NCBI GenBank assembly: GCA_051362555.1
Contig: CM120643.1
Coordinates: 15,474,644-15,538,643 of the forward strand
Direction: 5' to 3'
Source: Lingula anatina
Lineage: Eukaryota > Animalia > Brachiopoda
DNA: 64,000 nt
The translations under genes were made by a program, and so were the position numbers. The notes under the pieces were generated by a model. The model was not told where the DNA came from. It worked only from the letters and a program-made list of their open reading frames with translations, and did no database searches. Of the stretch, positions 12,601 through 21,682 are shown piece after piece; position 1 is the stretch's first letter; each line of letters starts with the position of its first letter.

Positions 12601-15600
12601 CAATATAGGTGGCTTAGATGGTTCCATTGTACAGTTGCAGACATAATTTAAGACATACCTTAATCCGAGCTGCCCGCATGTCCAGCAGGCGAGCATACTC
12701 GTCCAGTTTGGTGTCAAACTCTAATCTGTTCTCCTCCATCTTCTTGGTGACAGCCTCCACCTGAAAACAGATTATACTACTGAACTGATATGTATTATAC
12801 TGATGTACAACTTAAACTTAATGAAATACAGTCATAGAATATTTAAATTGCACACTTGAAAAATGAATAATAAAGTCTAATATTTTTAAATAATAGTTAA
12901 AACTCTATAAACTGAAATGTCCCTCTGTTGACGAAATGTGTGAAGGCATGATTTTAGAGAAATATTTATTGATAAGCTACCAATTAAAGATGTTTTATCT
13001 AAACACGAGATTCATGTATTGGCATGTGAGATTATCAATTTCAGTTCTGATCCATATGATACTGGTAAAACCAGGGTAAAACCAACTTGAAATTGTTATG
13101 CATGACAGTGTGTATTCAATCCATTGTCTGTATTACTATTATCTTTATTTTCTTTTCAGCTGTTTATCCTATTTCTTTAAAGTTGTGGAATTGTTATGAC
13201 TTAAAGAATCATGACAGTAGTATTGTATTAATAAGATATCTTGTATGAAAAAACTAACCTCCATCTGGTAATCCTTGTTAATCTTATGTTGTACAATCAG
13301 CATATTTCTAGTTTTCTCCAACTCCTCTATCGTCTCTGCATGTTCTGCCTGCAGCAGTACTACTTGCTTCTCCAAATCTGTGAAGAAAATGGGAAACAAG
13401 ATAACAAAAATATGAGTAACCCTGTTCATGCACATTAAGCTTATCTGTTGTCTCTACAACTTCTAGCTCTTACAAATTAGTTTTTCCATTTCTAGTTTGA
13501 CGGGTTAAGTGAAAATTTTATTTGCACTTCAGTTTAATTTCCATCAATTTTGGAATTCATATTTCCTCTTTGGATTAATATTAAATGGGAATAGTAGTTT
13601 TCTAAAGTCCACTAGTCCAAGTGACCAGGGGACTGAAAATTTTAGGACTTCCAGAATTTATACAACATAGACAATTTACAATAACACTTCATAAATTTAA
13701 GTTATTTTTATCCAGTGGCATGTCTTTTTATCTTGAATAAACTATTTCCTATATTATACTTCAAAAGACTGCTGATCTGTTCAATACTGACTGTCACACA
13801 ATTATTTTTCTTTCCCTTGATGCCAGCTACCTTTATTTTTCTCTTCATCTACTCTCTCCAGGAACTCTAGCTCCAGGTGTGCTTTCTTCTCCTTCTTCTG
13901 TTTCACAAGGACCAATGCTTCTTCTATTTCACTGAAGTCTATGGCACTTTCCTGCAGAAAAAGAGTAAGATTTAAACATCTCCATGTCCATTTAGCATAA
14001 GGAAATGTAAGATGGTGAATTCTGTGTAAATTTATCATAAATATATGTGTAGCAACAGAAAGATACTCAAACTTTTGGAAACATCTCTATACAAACCTCC
14101 ACATTTAATGCCTATGTTCTTTCTGTAAGATTTTCATAATATGCCACTTAAAAATCATTAGACATTTTTACTTTAAGAAGAATAAGAATTCAGCCTTTGT
14201 TTAGAGGAAAATAGTGTTATAAGTGTGGATGTGCCCACGTTAAATCATGTAAATGTTAGATGGACAATGTGACCTGGGTAAAAAATGATCTCATATCTGA
14301 GATTAAATGCAACCTAAGTTAAGAGGATCAAAAGATTACAAGAATGAAAACACCCTGAATGTAGAATAGTCATAAATTTAAGGCAAACCTTGGTGAAGAA
14401 CTTCATCTTCTCTTTCAGTTCATCATGCTGCTCTTTAAGCTGAAGGTGCTGAAGGTTGAGATCGCGAAGCTCCTTTTCCAGGCGTTCATTTGTTTCTGAA
14501 ATTAAATCGGTTTAATACAGATCTGTTGTGTAGAAAATGACCAAATTCTTGACAGCATATTTTTGAAATGAAAAAAAAATTAATTTTACTAAATTCTGGC
14601 AAATCTGATATCCTGGTTTAAATGGATTTTAAAATTGTATAATTTTATTTCTTTAGTTGTTAGATTCACAAATGATAAATCTCTGATATTTGTGTTAACA
14701 TGGTGCATTCAGATTGTCGTATAGTTAATCATCCATCATTTGTCACATTGTAGATCCATTTCCAAACATCAATTAAACCAAACAGGTTGCAAAATTTATC
14801 TAAGCTCTACAAATCTTGATAATACTAGTGCATGCCACACTCTGTATCAAGTTATTCTTTAATTTAACATATTTTTTTTAAAACTTGCCAACTTACTAAA
14901 TGAAGAAAAATGCATGCATTCTGTCCTAGTAAAATACATACTTTTCCTAAAATCTACGATGGATTGACATTTTTTATCTTCTAAATCTATCCTCGCTAAA
15001 GTAAATATTGATTGCATGTCATTAAATAAGAATTTCTACACATGCTAAGATCTAAACATCAGAACTGTGCTACCCAAATTTTGAAAGTTGAGATTACCTC
15101 TTTCATGAGATAACCTGTCTAATATTCCTCCCTTTTCTCCGACATCTGCTTTGAGAGTGGCGTCTAACTGAGCAATCTGGACTTTGAGGGCCTGCTCCCG
15201 CTGCCGCCACTCTCGTTCTCGCTCAAGGTCAAAGGCACTGAATTTTAAAGTCAGACAGTTACTTGAGTTATAATAATATTTAAACTTAAAAACATAATTT
15301 TGCCAAAATACTCAAATATAAATTTCAGCGGTAAACATAATTATTTGTAGCAATGGTCTTTGGACAGCCTTGACTGTGGTATTTACGTAAGAAGAACATT
15401 AATCAAGGTATAAGATGTCTATAACTTGAAAAGAAAATTTCTGAGATTAACAAAAACTTTAAATTTGTTGTCAGTATTTTTCCATTATCCATCAACCAGC
15501 CAACATGAAAGTTTTGAACAGAATAATATTCTGATTACGTAATTTATGTATGCAAGACACCATTCAACTTATCGGACTGCGGCCATTTAAAAAATTGCAT

Positions 15601-17787
15601 GCAGTTTTTTATTCTCACTTAAAACGTGTTAAAAATGTCAACATTTTAGTAAAGTTATCAATTTAATACCTAGAAACTAGCTTCTCATTAGCCTCTTTCA
15701 AAATTTCACTTTCTTTCTTCAAATCAATAATCTGTTCTTCAAGTTCCACAATTTTCCTCCGACTTGTGCTGCCAAGTTTGAGCTCATTCTGCAGTGACAT
15801 CACCCGGTTTTCTTCCTGCTTCAGTTGCTGGTTTAGAGTCTCCATCTCCCGAAGAACTTGGTCATGGCTGGACTTAACGGTGCACAGGTTCTAAAAAGTA
15901 CAGGTAAATTTAATATATTACCATATCACCTTCACATAATATGAAATACCATGCGAGTTTTAACTCGATTTAAGAGTTAGGAAATGGCATGAGATAACTT
16001 CAGAGCACGTCTAGAATGCAGATCTCTGCCAGGAAAACAAAAATCTCTACAGTATTTCAAAGTTAAAGTTGTATGTACTTCTTTCCCATCTGGATAACTG
16101 TCTGTACTAATATTTTTCTCAAACCTATCAAGACCTTTTAAAGATATCTTGTCTAATAAGAAACCAACAAACCCTTGCCAATGAGAACAGGGCCTCCTTT
16201 GATGGTATAGATAATAAACTTACTGCCAAAATATAATTCTAATTTAATCTTAGTGTTTATTTTAATTATTCTAAAATCTGTGCATCCTTACCACATCTGC
16301 AGGGCTTTACATGTCATCTGACACTGGTATAGTAATTTAAACCCCCCAACCCACTCCCATTCCCCCCCCCCCCCAATGACCCTGGTATTATGACATTTGA
16401 CTTATGACATATGACCCTTACCTGTTCCATCCTGGTGTATTTTTCCTGCAGTGAGGTGAGTTTTGTGGCTTTGTCTTTTACCTCCCTCTGCAGCCTGATC
16501 AAGTCCACATTTTCTTGCAAAGTAACTCTAAAATAAAATCAGTAAGACATTTAAATTGCAATGTATAATTGTTAATTAGTAAGACACAGTATAGTAGAGA
16601 GTTTAGCATAGTATACTTAGGGTCTATTCCCACAACTTTAGATCGATCTATCACCGCGGGGAGTCTCACCAGACTACCATCAGATAATCCCCCTTAAGTG
16701 TCCGTCCCCGCCCACTACAAGCCGTAGGGGGCAATTAACTTTCGTGTCCGCCCGGCTGACAGCTATTCAGCGCGAACCCCCAGGGAGTTAGGTCGATCTA
16801 AAGTAGGTCGATCTAATCTATGGAAATGGGGTGTTAGTGTAGAGTAAAGTCCTTGTACATAGGATTGTCAAATGTTTACCTTTGGAGATGACATTATATA
16901 TGCAGTTGCAATACAACATTCAAAATACATGCAAAAACAATTCACTATAAAGTCAAACCTTTGTTCAGCAGACATCTGTTGCTTTATCCTCAGCAAATCC
17001 TCCTCAAACTCTGCCTCTTTTACTCTAAGCTGCTCCCTCAAAAACTCAATGTCCTGTTCATAAATATTGATCTGTTCATTTTGCTGTTCAATCACCCCCT
17101 CTCTGAAATATAAGTAAGGTAATTATTCTTTCCATAAATTATTCTTTCCTCAAAATGATGCTTTGTTAGCGGCAGCCGTACCTTAAACAGATGACTTGAA
17201 AGCTTTGAAAGGCAACTTTAAAAAACATGCCTTTGTATAGAATCTAGGACTACATGAAGGGCATTAGAAAGCCTGCTACTAAATATAATACAAGTGCTAA
17301 TGCATGATCCACGTGTATAGGAATTCCAATAATAATATGTCAACTTATATACACAATTTTTAAAATCTAAATTTCTAATACTGGGTCACACAATATTTGC
17401 CAATGGATGATTTTCTGACTACATCTATTGACAGACAATATAAGTCTAAAAAAAATTTTTTAAATTTTTTGTATATACATCATCTCAACTGAGTGCGTAA
17501 TAATTGTTAGTGTTGACTTACAGGTGCCTATTTTCTGCTCTAGCTTCTTCTAAAAGACTGTGTCCATATCTGGGAAGTCCTGGGCTGTGAACAGACCTGA
17601 AAAAAAAAAAGTAAGGACAAATGGCTTAATACGCCCTCCTCTAGATTTCTCTGTGCTATTATAGTATTTTTCTTTTTGTACTTATTTTCAATGAAGATGT
17701 ATTAAATTATGGAAAGTTGCTTATAATCTCCTCATAATGAAAAACAAGACCAGAATATAACTAGAAACTAAACAAATTAAAGTAAAC

Positions 17788-17866
<79 letters not shown>

Positions 17867-19125
17867 ACAGCCGAATAAAGCCATGGATTCCACCACTTAT
17901 ATGCTGCAGAATCAGTTGTGAACATGGATCTATCACAATTTAGTTTGACTAATCATATCTCTTGACAACAAACCATGAGACGAGCTGTAACCAATCCCAG
18001 CACTACATGTTTACCTTTGTGACTCTCTTGGCCCAGCCACTCTTAGGTTCCGTGTTATCCTCTCTGAGGTTGGAGGCTTGGGGATTCCCTGCAAAACAAA
18101 ATTAACTTGCAGACTATATTTAGAGCACAGATCTAGATGATCAAAATTTTCTTTTGAATTACACCATGTCATATAATATATAATATTTTCTAATGCTATT
18201 ATATTATGTCAGTATTGGAATATAAGTTTTAAATTTGTATGAAATGGGTAAATTGATTTCCATGCCAACTTTGAAAGATTGTCAGCTCAGACAGCTGCCC
18301 TCCTCTCTGCCTCCACCCCCCCCCCCCCCCCCCACCACCACTCACAATAATGTTGCCACTCACTAGAAGTATGTGAGTAAACCCACAATGAGTAAGTTGA
18401 CAGAAAGAAGTGACTGTGACCAAAGAGATTTGCTATACATTCAGTATTTATTAAGAATTCTGCATGGTGCCTCAACTTAATTGCTATTCATTTCAAATAT
18501 CCCAGGACATTTTTTAGAATAGAACATTTACGATAGCGCTGCTATCAGTTGGCCATATCACAAAGACATTAAATGATTAAACTGTCAGACAGATAAAACT
18601 GAGACCAGAGAATTTTAATTTGCATAAATACTCACGGTGTTTATTCTGGATTCCACATGACTGTATGGAGTATTTCGTTTCCCCTGTGTGCTAAGTTGCT
18701 GCTTGGTTACCATCAGCTGAGGAGAGGAGAGATGAGAGATTGATTAAAGCCAAATTTTATTAGTGAACTATTTTTATACAATTGAGAAGTTTTTCATATA
18801 AATAAGGCAGTAGTGACCACATCAAAAACCATCATTAATCAGGAAAAATAACCCCTTTTTTCTACTGTTATCCCTATTTGCTTTAAATTCTGTTTTCTGT
18901 CACCTTCTCTTTCAAGAGTCCGTTTTCTTTTTCCAAATTTCTGATTTTTCCATGGAGTTCCTCCAACATTTCCTCTGTTTCTATGTCGCGGACTCTTTTT
19001 GCTAGAAAAAAAATTAATAATAATTTAAAGAAAAGAAAAAAATCACACAACCATACCAGCTGTATAAAAAACCTAGCTTACTAATAAATCAATCACAAAA
19101 CTAAGATTTTCTATCACCTTTAAAA

Positions 19126-19209
<84 letters not shown>

Positions 19210-20909
19210 TTGCAGTCTGCTTACAAAATGCCAAAGAATATTCAGTTAGTAATGACAGTTGGACCAGTCATATGGGAGAGCCATTATCATGTCATTTGAC
19301 AAAGTACTGATACTGATATTCTCTGAAGAAATTTTGCTATTTGACAAACACCTTATTAGTAGTGTTTTAAGACATATGTATCTACTTTAATGTAATTGCT
19401 TTAACTTGTTTGAATTTATTGAGTATTAAAGCCAAAGGTTGGTGGTTCCTTACCTCCAGGTTCTTGCTGTGCTTTCTTCTTATCACTGACTAACCTCAGC
19501 AACTTGGTGGCCATCCTGAAACAATGGACCATAAAATAGTACTTTCTTCAATTTTAAAACATGCAATGACTATGTTATTGCATGCTTTTAGGAATAAACC
19601 TACAAATTATCATCTCACATCCTGGTTGCATTTCAAGGTTACCCAGGGCTGTGCCTTATGTCTTGTTTTTAAAGAGTTGGTTTATTGATGTTTCTTTTTT
19701 TAAGTACTACGATTATAAGATAAAATTTAATTTTCCCCAAAAGTTCATCATTCTTTGAACTGTTAGCTTTTTTCCATTGATAATTTCTTGTGTTTCAAAT
19801 AACTCATATGATACATTTTCTTCTACTGAGGGATTATTTTTGATTTTCCATCTATCATATCTTAATAGTTAAGATTACTATATCCTTTTACCTTTTTATC
19901 TTGTCTTCTTGTTTCCTTGCATGTTTCTTGAGCAGTAAGTTCTCCTCATACATCCTAAGATATTTGTCCTCTAACTCCTCTTTGCTCCATCTCGCCACCA
20001 TCCTCCTCTGCTGGGCAGAACGCTGGGCCACAGCATCTGCCAGGAACAAAGATATGGTCACTTCACATGAAATTTTAACAGTCAAGATTGATTTTTTTAC
20101 AGGTCCAAAATCTGTGCAATCTTTGAACTAGAAAAAATGTGGTTTCACAAAAGTTTTGGATCTAACTCTCTAAATTTGAACAAAAACTAATTTTTTTCAC
20201 AATTCCTTAACTAGTACATGTTTGCAATAGCCATAAAAGGTGGTTCTAAAGTTCCAAAAATTGAGTTGGTTTCATGTATGGAAGTATGTTTTTGCTAGAT
20301 CAAAAACTAATAAACCTTTTAAAAGGTGAAATATTGGTGTACTTGTAAGACAAAGTACTAAGTATGGAAGTAGAAATTTGTGAGATACCCTATCCAAGGA
20401 CTTACTAATTTCAGGGTGTAACTAAATAATAACCTTTAATACAAAAACTTTTTGAGAGAGAATTGGAATGAAGCAATCTTAAGATGTTTTTATTGGTTTG
20501 TTGATTTAATAGTGCTCTTTCCTTAGCTGCAGTCCTAATACAATAGTTAATATTTTATACATAAAAGAACAATTTCAGGTAAATACAGTGTACATAAATA
20601 GATCTTAATTTTCAAAATACAATTTTCAAAAAGAAATCCGAATATGTAGTAATTTTTTCTTATAATGTGTAATATGTCTCATGCTCAGCTGCCTGTTAAA
20701 AAGCAGGCTGAATTTTGAATGAGGCAAAAAAAAAAAAAATTAAAATGTTAAAAAATGCTGGTTTTAATCCATTTTTAAAAATCAAGGTGGCAACAGAGCG
20801 TGATGGGACCTAAAAGTATCTTACCTCCATCTTCCAGTCTGGCCCCGGCAGCAGTCTTGGGTTGGAGTCTGGGCTCTTTACTGGGGATCCAATCGCCATC
20901 ATCTGCCAT
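759..20909 (-). CDS. RPGRIP1L: RPGRIP1L / protein fantom (MKS5/NPHP8), ciliary transition-zone scaffold; 35 coding exons in window, 3'-truncated at the window edge
   Basis: Hand-spliced GT-AG exons keep phase over 4228 nt. Recognisable RPGRIP1L-family peptides include [120 protein letters not shown] and [24 protein letters not shown]. Confidence 0.96.
1124..1263 (-). CDS. RPGRIP1L: RPGRIP1L coding exon 34
   Basis: [46 protein letters not shown]; CAG/GTAAGT; the SDSE motif precedes the RID as in orthologues. Confidence 0.88.
1557..1632 (-). CDS. RPGRIP1L: RPGRIP1L linker exon 33 (acidic)
   Basis: [25 protein letters not shown]; CAG/GTGAC; 76 nt, restores phase 1. Confidence 0.75.
1911..2011 (-). 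CDS. RPGRIP1L: RPGRIP1L linker exon 32 (poly-acidic)
   Basis: [33 protein letters not shown]; acceptor AAG (2011) or CAG (2005), AAG|GTGAAT donor. Confidence 0.75.
3027..3080 (-). CDS. RPGRIP1L: RPGRIP1L probable linker micro-exon 31 (symmetric phase 1)
   Basis: [17 protein letters not shown]; TAG acceptor, G|GTATTT donor; 54 nt. Confidence 0.5.
3628..3729 (-). CDS. RPGRIP1L: RPGRIP1L probable linker exon 30 (symmetric phase 1, basic)
   Basis: [33 protein letters not shown]; AAG acceptor, G|GTGAAA donor; 102 nt. Confidence 0.55.
4320..4517 (-). CDS. RPGRIP1L: RPGRIP1L linker exon 29 (symmetric phase 1; acceptor may be 4517 or 4478)
   Basis: Open frame ...[49 protein letters not shown]; G|GTGCTG donor; two phase-1 acceptors. 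Confidence 0.6.
4788..4868 (-). CDS. RPGRIP1L: RPGRIP1L linker exon 28 (symmetric phase 1)
   Basis: [26 protein letters not shown]; TAG/GTAAG; 81 nt. Confidence 0.78.
5644..5702. repeat. (TAAA)n/(TAA)n microsatellite
   Basis: Read directly. Confidence 0.9.
5720..5999 (-). CDS. RPGRIP1L: RPGRIP1L coding exon 27 (Pro/His-rich linker)
   Basis: [34 protein letters not shown]...[14 protein letters not shown]; AAG acceptor (uncertain), A|GTAAGT donor. Confidence 0.8.
6314..6535 (-). CDS. RPGRIP1L: RPGRIP1L coding exon 26 (Pro/Ala-rich linker)
   Basis: CAG acceptor; [20 protein letters not shown]...SMGDTL; donor either GTAAAG (end 6314) or in-frame GTAGGT (end 6302). Confidence 0.8.
6590..6722. 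repeat. Degenerate (ATTGT)n pentanucleotide repeat
   Basis: Repeated TGTAT/ATCGT/ATTGT units. Confidence 0.85.
6743..6835 (-). CDS. RPGRIP1L: RPGRIP1L coding exon 25 (end of C2-2)
   Basis: [31 protein letters not shown]; 93 nt. Confidence 0.95.
6890..7510. mobile_element. Non-autonomous DNA transposon (MITE), Kolobok-like
   Basis: TTAA at 6886-6889 and 7511-7514. Terminal inverted repeats AGCAATAATAACTCTTC / GAAGAGTTATTATGACT (15/17 match), AG...CT termini, CpG-rich interior in a CpG-poor intron, no ORF. Confidence 0.8.
7900..8025 (-). CDS. RPGRIP1L: RPGRIP1L coding exon 24 (C2-2)
   Basis: [42 protein letters not shown]; 126 nt. Confidence 0.95.
8300..8454 (-). CDS. RPGRIP1L: RPGRIP1L coding exon 23 (C2-2)
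   Basis: [51 protein letters not shown]; 155 nt. Confidence 0.96.
8886..9045 (-). CDS. RPGRIP1L: RPGRIP1L coding exon 22 (into second C2 domain)
   Basis: [53 protein letters not shown]; 160 nt. Confidence 0.95.
9300..9394 (-). CDS. RPGRIP1L: RPGRIP1L coding exon 21
   Basis: [31 protein letters not shown]; 95 nt. Confidence 0.95.
9593..9744. repeat. Compound (CT)n/(CA)n/(CATG)n microsatellite
   Basis: Read directly; source of the spurious HTHT/VCVC ORFs. Confidence 0.9.
9756..9885 (-). CDS. RPGRIP1L: RPGRIP1L coding exon 20 (C2-1)
   Basis: [43 protein letters not shown]; 130 nt. Confidence 0.94.
10310..10379 (-). CDS. RPGRIP1L: RPGRIP1L coding exon 19 (C2-1)
   Basis: [23 protein letters not shown]; 70 nt. 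Confidence 0.94.
10941..11056 (-). CDS. RPGRIP1L: RPGRIP1L coding exon 18 (C2-1)
   Basis: [38 protein letters not shown]; 116 nt. Confidence 0.94.
11808..11882 (-). CDS. RPGRIP1L: RPGRIP1L coding exon 17 (start of first C2 domain)
   Basis: [25 protein letters not shown]; 75 nt. Confidence 0.95.
12295..12375 (-). CDS. RPGRIP1L: RPGRIP1L coding exon 16
   Basis: [27 protein letters not shown]; 81 nt. Confidence 0.95.
12659..12760 (-). CDS. RPGRIP1L: RPGRIP1L coding exon 15
   Basis: [34 protein letters not shown]; 102 nt. Confidence 0.95.
13259..13377 (-). CDS. RPGRIP1L: RPGRIP1L coding exon 14
   Basis: [39 protein letters not shown]; 119 nt. Confidence 0.96.
13831..13951 (-). CDS. RPGRIP1L: RPGRIP1L coding exon 13
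   Basis: [40 protein letters not shown]; 121 nt. Confidence 0.93.
14389..14495 (-). CDS. RPGRIP1L: RPGRIP1L coding exon 12
   Basis: [35 protein letters not shown]; 107 nt. Confidence 0.93.
15098..15237 (-). CDS. RPGRIP1L: RPGRIP1L coding exon 11
   Basis: [46 protein letters not shown]; 140 nt. Confidence 0.94.
15670..15890 (-). CDS. RPGRIP1L: RPGRIP1L coding exon 10 (coiled coil)
   Basis: [27 protein letters not shown]...[10 protein letters not shown]; 221 nt. Confidence 0.93.
16422..16527 (-). CDS. RPGRIP1L: RPGRIP1L coding exon 9 (coiled coil)
   Basis: [35 protein letters not shown]; TAG/GTAAG; 106 nt. Confidence 0.93.
16620..16833. mobile_element. Small MITE-like insertion, possibly PIF/Harbinger-like
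   Basis: Flanking TTA/TTA, degenerate termini (GGGTCTATTCCCACA vs revcomp CACCCCATTTCCATA), inverted subterminal TAGATCGA(T/C)CTA motifs, GC/CpG-rich island in an AT-rich intron. Confidence 0.55.
16959..17102 (-). CDS. RPGRIP1L: RPGRIP1L coding exon 8 (coiled coil)
   Basis: [47 protein letters not shown]; 144 nt. Confidence 0.92.
17522..17596 (-). CDS. RPGRIP1L: RPGRIP1L coding exon 7
   Basis: [24 protein letters not shown]; poly-T CAG acceptor, GTAAG donor; 75 nt. Confidence 0.93.
18015..18088 (-). CDS. RPGRIP1L: RPGRIP1L coding exon 6
   Basis: [24 protein letters not shown]; CAG/GTAAA; 74 nt, bridges phase 0 to phase 2. Confidence 0.85.
18636..18716 (-). CDS. RPGRIP1L: RPGRIP1L coding exon 5
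   Basis: [27 protein letters not shown]; CAG/GTGAG; 81 nt. Confidence 0.93.
18904..19001 (-). CDS. RPGRIP1L: RPGRIP1L coding exon 4
   Basis: [32 protein letters not shown]; TAG/GTGAC; 98 nt. Confidence 0.92.
19131..19206. repeat. (TA)n microsatellite
   Basis: ~38 perfect TA units. Confidence 0.95.
19454..19515 (-). CDS. RPGRIP1L: RPGRIP1L coding exon 3
   Basis: [20 protein letters not shown]; CAG/GTAAG; 62 nt, phase consistent. Confidence 0.93.
19892..20036 (-). CDS. RPGRIP1L: RPGRIP1L coding exon 2
   Basis: CAG acceptor; [48 protein letters not shown]; GTAAA donor; 145 nt. Confidence 0.95.
20825..20909 (-). CDS. RPGRIP1L: RPGRIP1L coding exon 1 (start codon)
   Basis: ATG at 20909, [29 protein letters not shown]|GTAAG donor; 85 nt, phase 1 fits the next exon; in-frame stops upstream. 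Confidence 0.8.
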
Positions 20910-21453
20910 ACTGGACACTTGTTATGTGCTTTGTAAGTGCTTTTTGTTTACTTTATCTCTTCATCCTTTGCTAGTGACATCATTGCACAGGGGAAAATAA
21001 GTTCCTGAGAGAGTTTAAACAAATAATAATAATAATAATAATAATAATAAAGTAAAATATTTGGATACTTCTGTATACATGTTAGTTTTTTCTGGTACTT
21101 GTAGAAGTTATGCAGTATGCCCCAGCCCACCCCAACCCTCCTCCTAAATTCTAAATTCAGCTACCAGTATGTGATGACTTAGATTAATGTTTCGGTTATT
21201 CAGACAATAAAGACAATTATTATAATCATATTCACTGATCTGCCATAAGCTGAAATAACCCATCTCCAAAGGCTATGGAAATATGAAACTTACCCCCCCC
21301 CCCTCCCCCTCCCCCCACCATCCCAACTGTTATCACAAATCCACCGACCCCCCTCCCCCAAAAAACTTAATTTTTCGATATTAAATTTACATTTCTACTA
21401 CATGATGATCTAAAATTATTACCAGTATGATCAATTTATGCTATATTACTTAC

Positions 21454-21545
21454 CATTTTGCATTTCATCTGCATTTAACTCCATAAATTAAGCAAGAACA
21501 GTAAAATTGTTTTTCCAAAGAACATTTTCTTTCAAAAATTTAGAA
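21454..21545 (-). other. Putative non-coding first exon of RPGRIP1L (5' end approximate)
   Basis: Consensus donor ATG|GTAAGT at 21454 and a CAG acceptor at 21005-21007 upstream of the start codon; lies directly below promoter-like motifs. Confidence 0.5.
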
Positions 21546-21548
21546 CAG

Positions 21549-21583
21549 CCGGAAGTTTACATTCCCACAATGCAATAGTGACG
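21549..21583. promoter_or_regulatory. Candidate RPGRIP1L proximal promoter: ETS site CCGGAAGT, ZNF143/Staf-type TTCCCACAATGCA, half-CRE TGACG
   Basis: Motifs at 21549-21556, 21562-21574 and 21579-21583, located where CpG depletion ends. Confidence 0.55.
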
Positions 21584-21641
21584 CTATAGAAAAGACTAGC
21601 ATCGGCTTTATCTCTGCTGAGCCCAAGAAAAGCTTACGCCG

Positions 21642-21643
<2 letters not shown>

Positions 21644-21681
<38 letters not shown>
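21644..21681. repeat. (TTA)n microsatellite
   Basis: Read directly. Confidence 0.9.
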
Positions 21682-21682
<1 letters not shown>

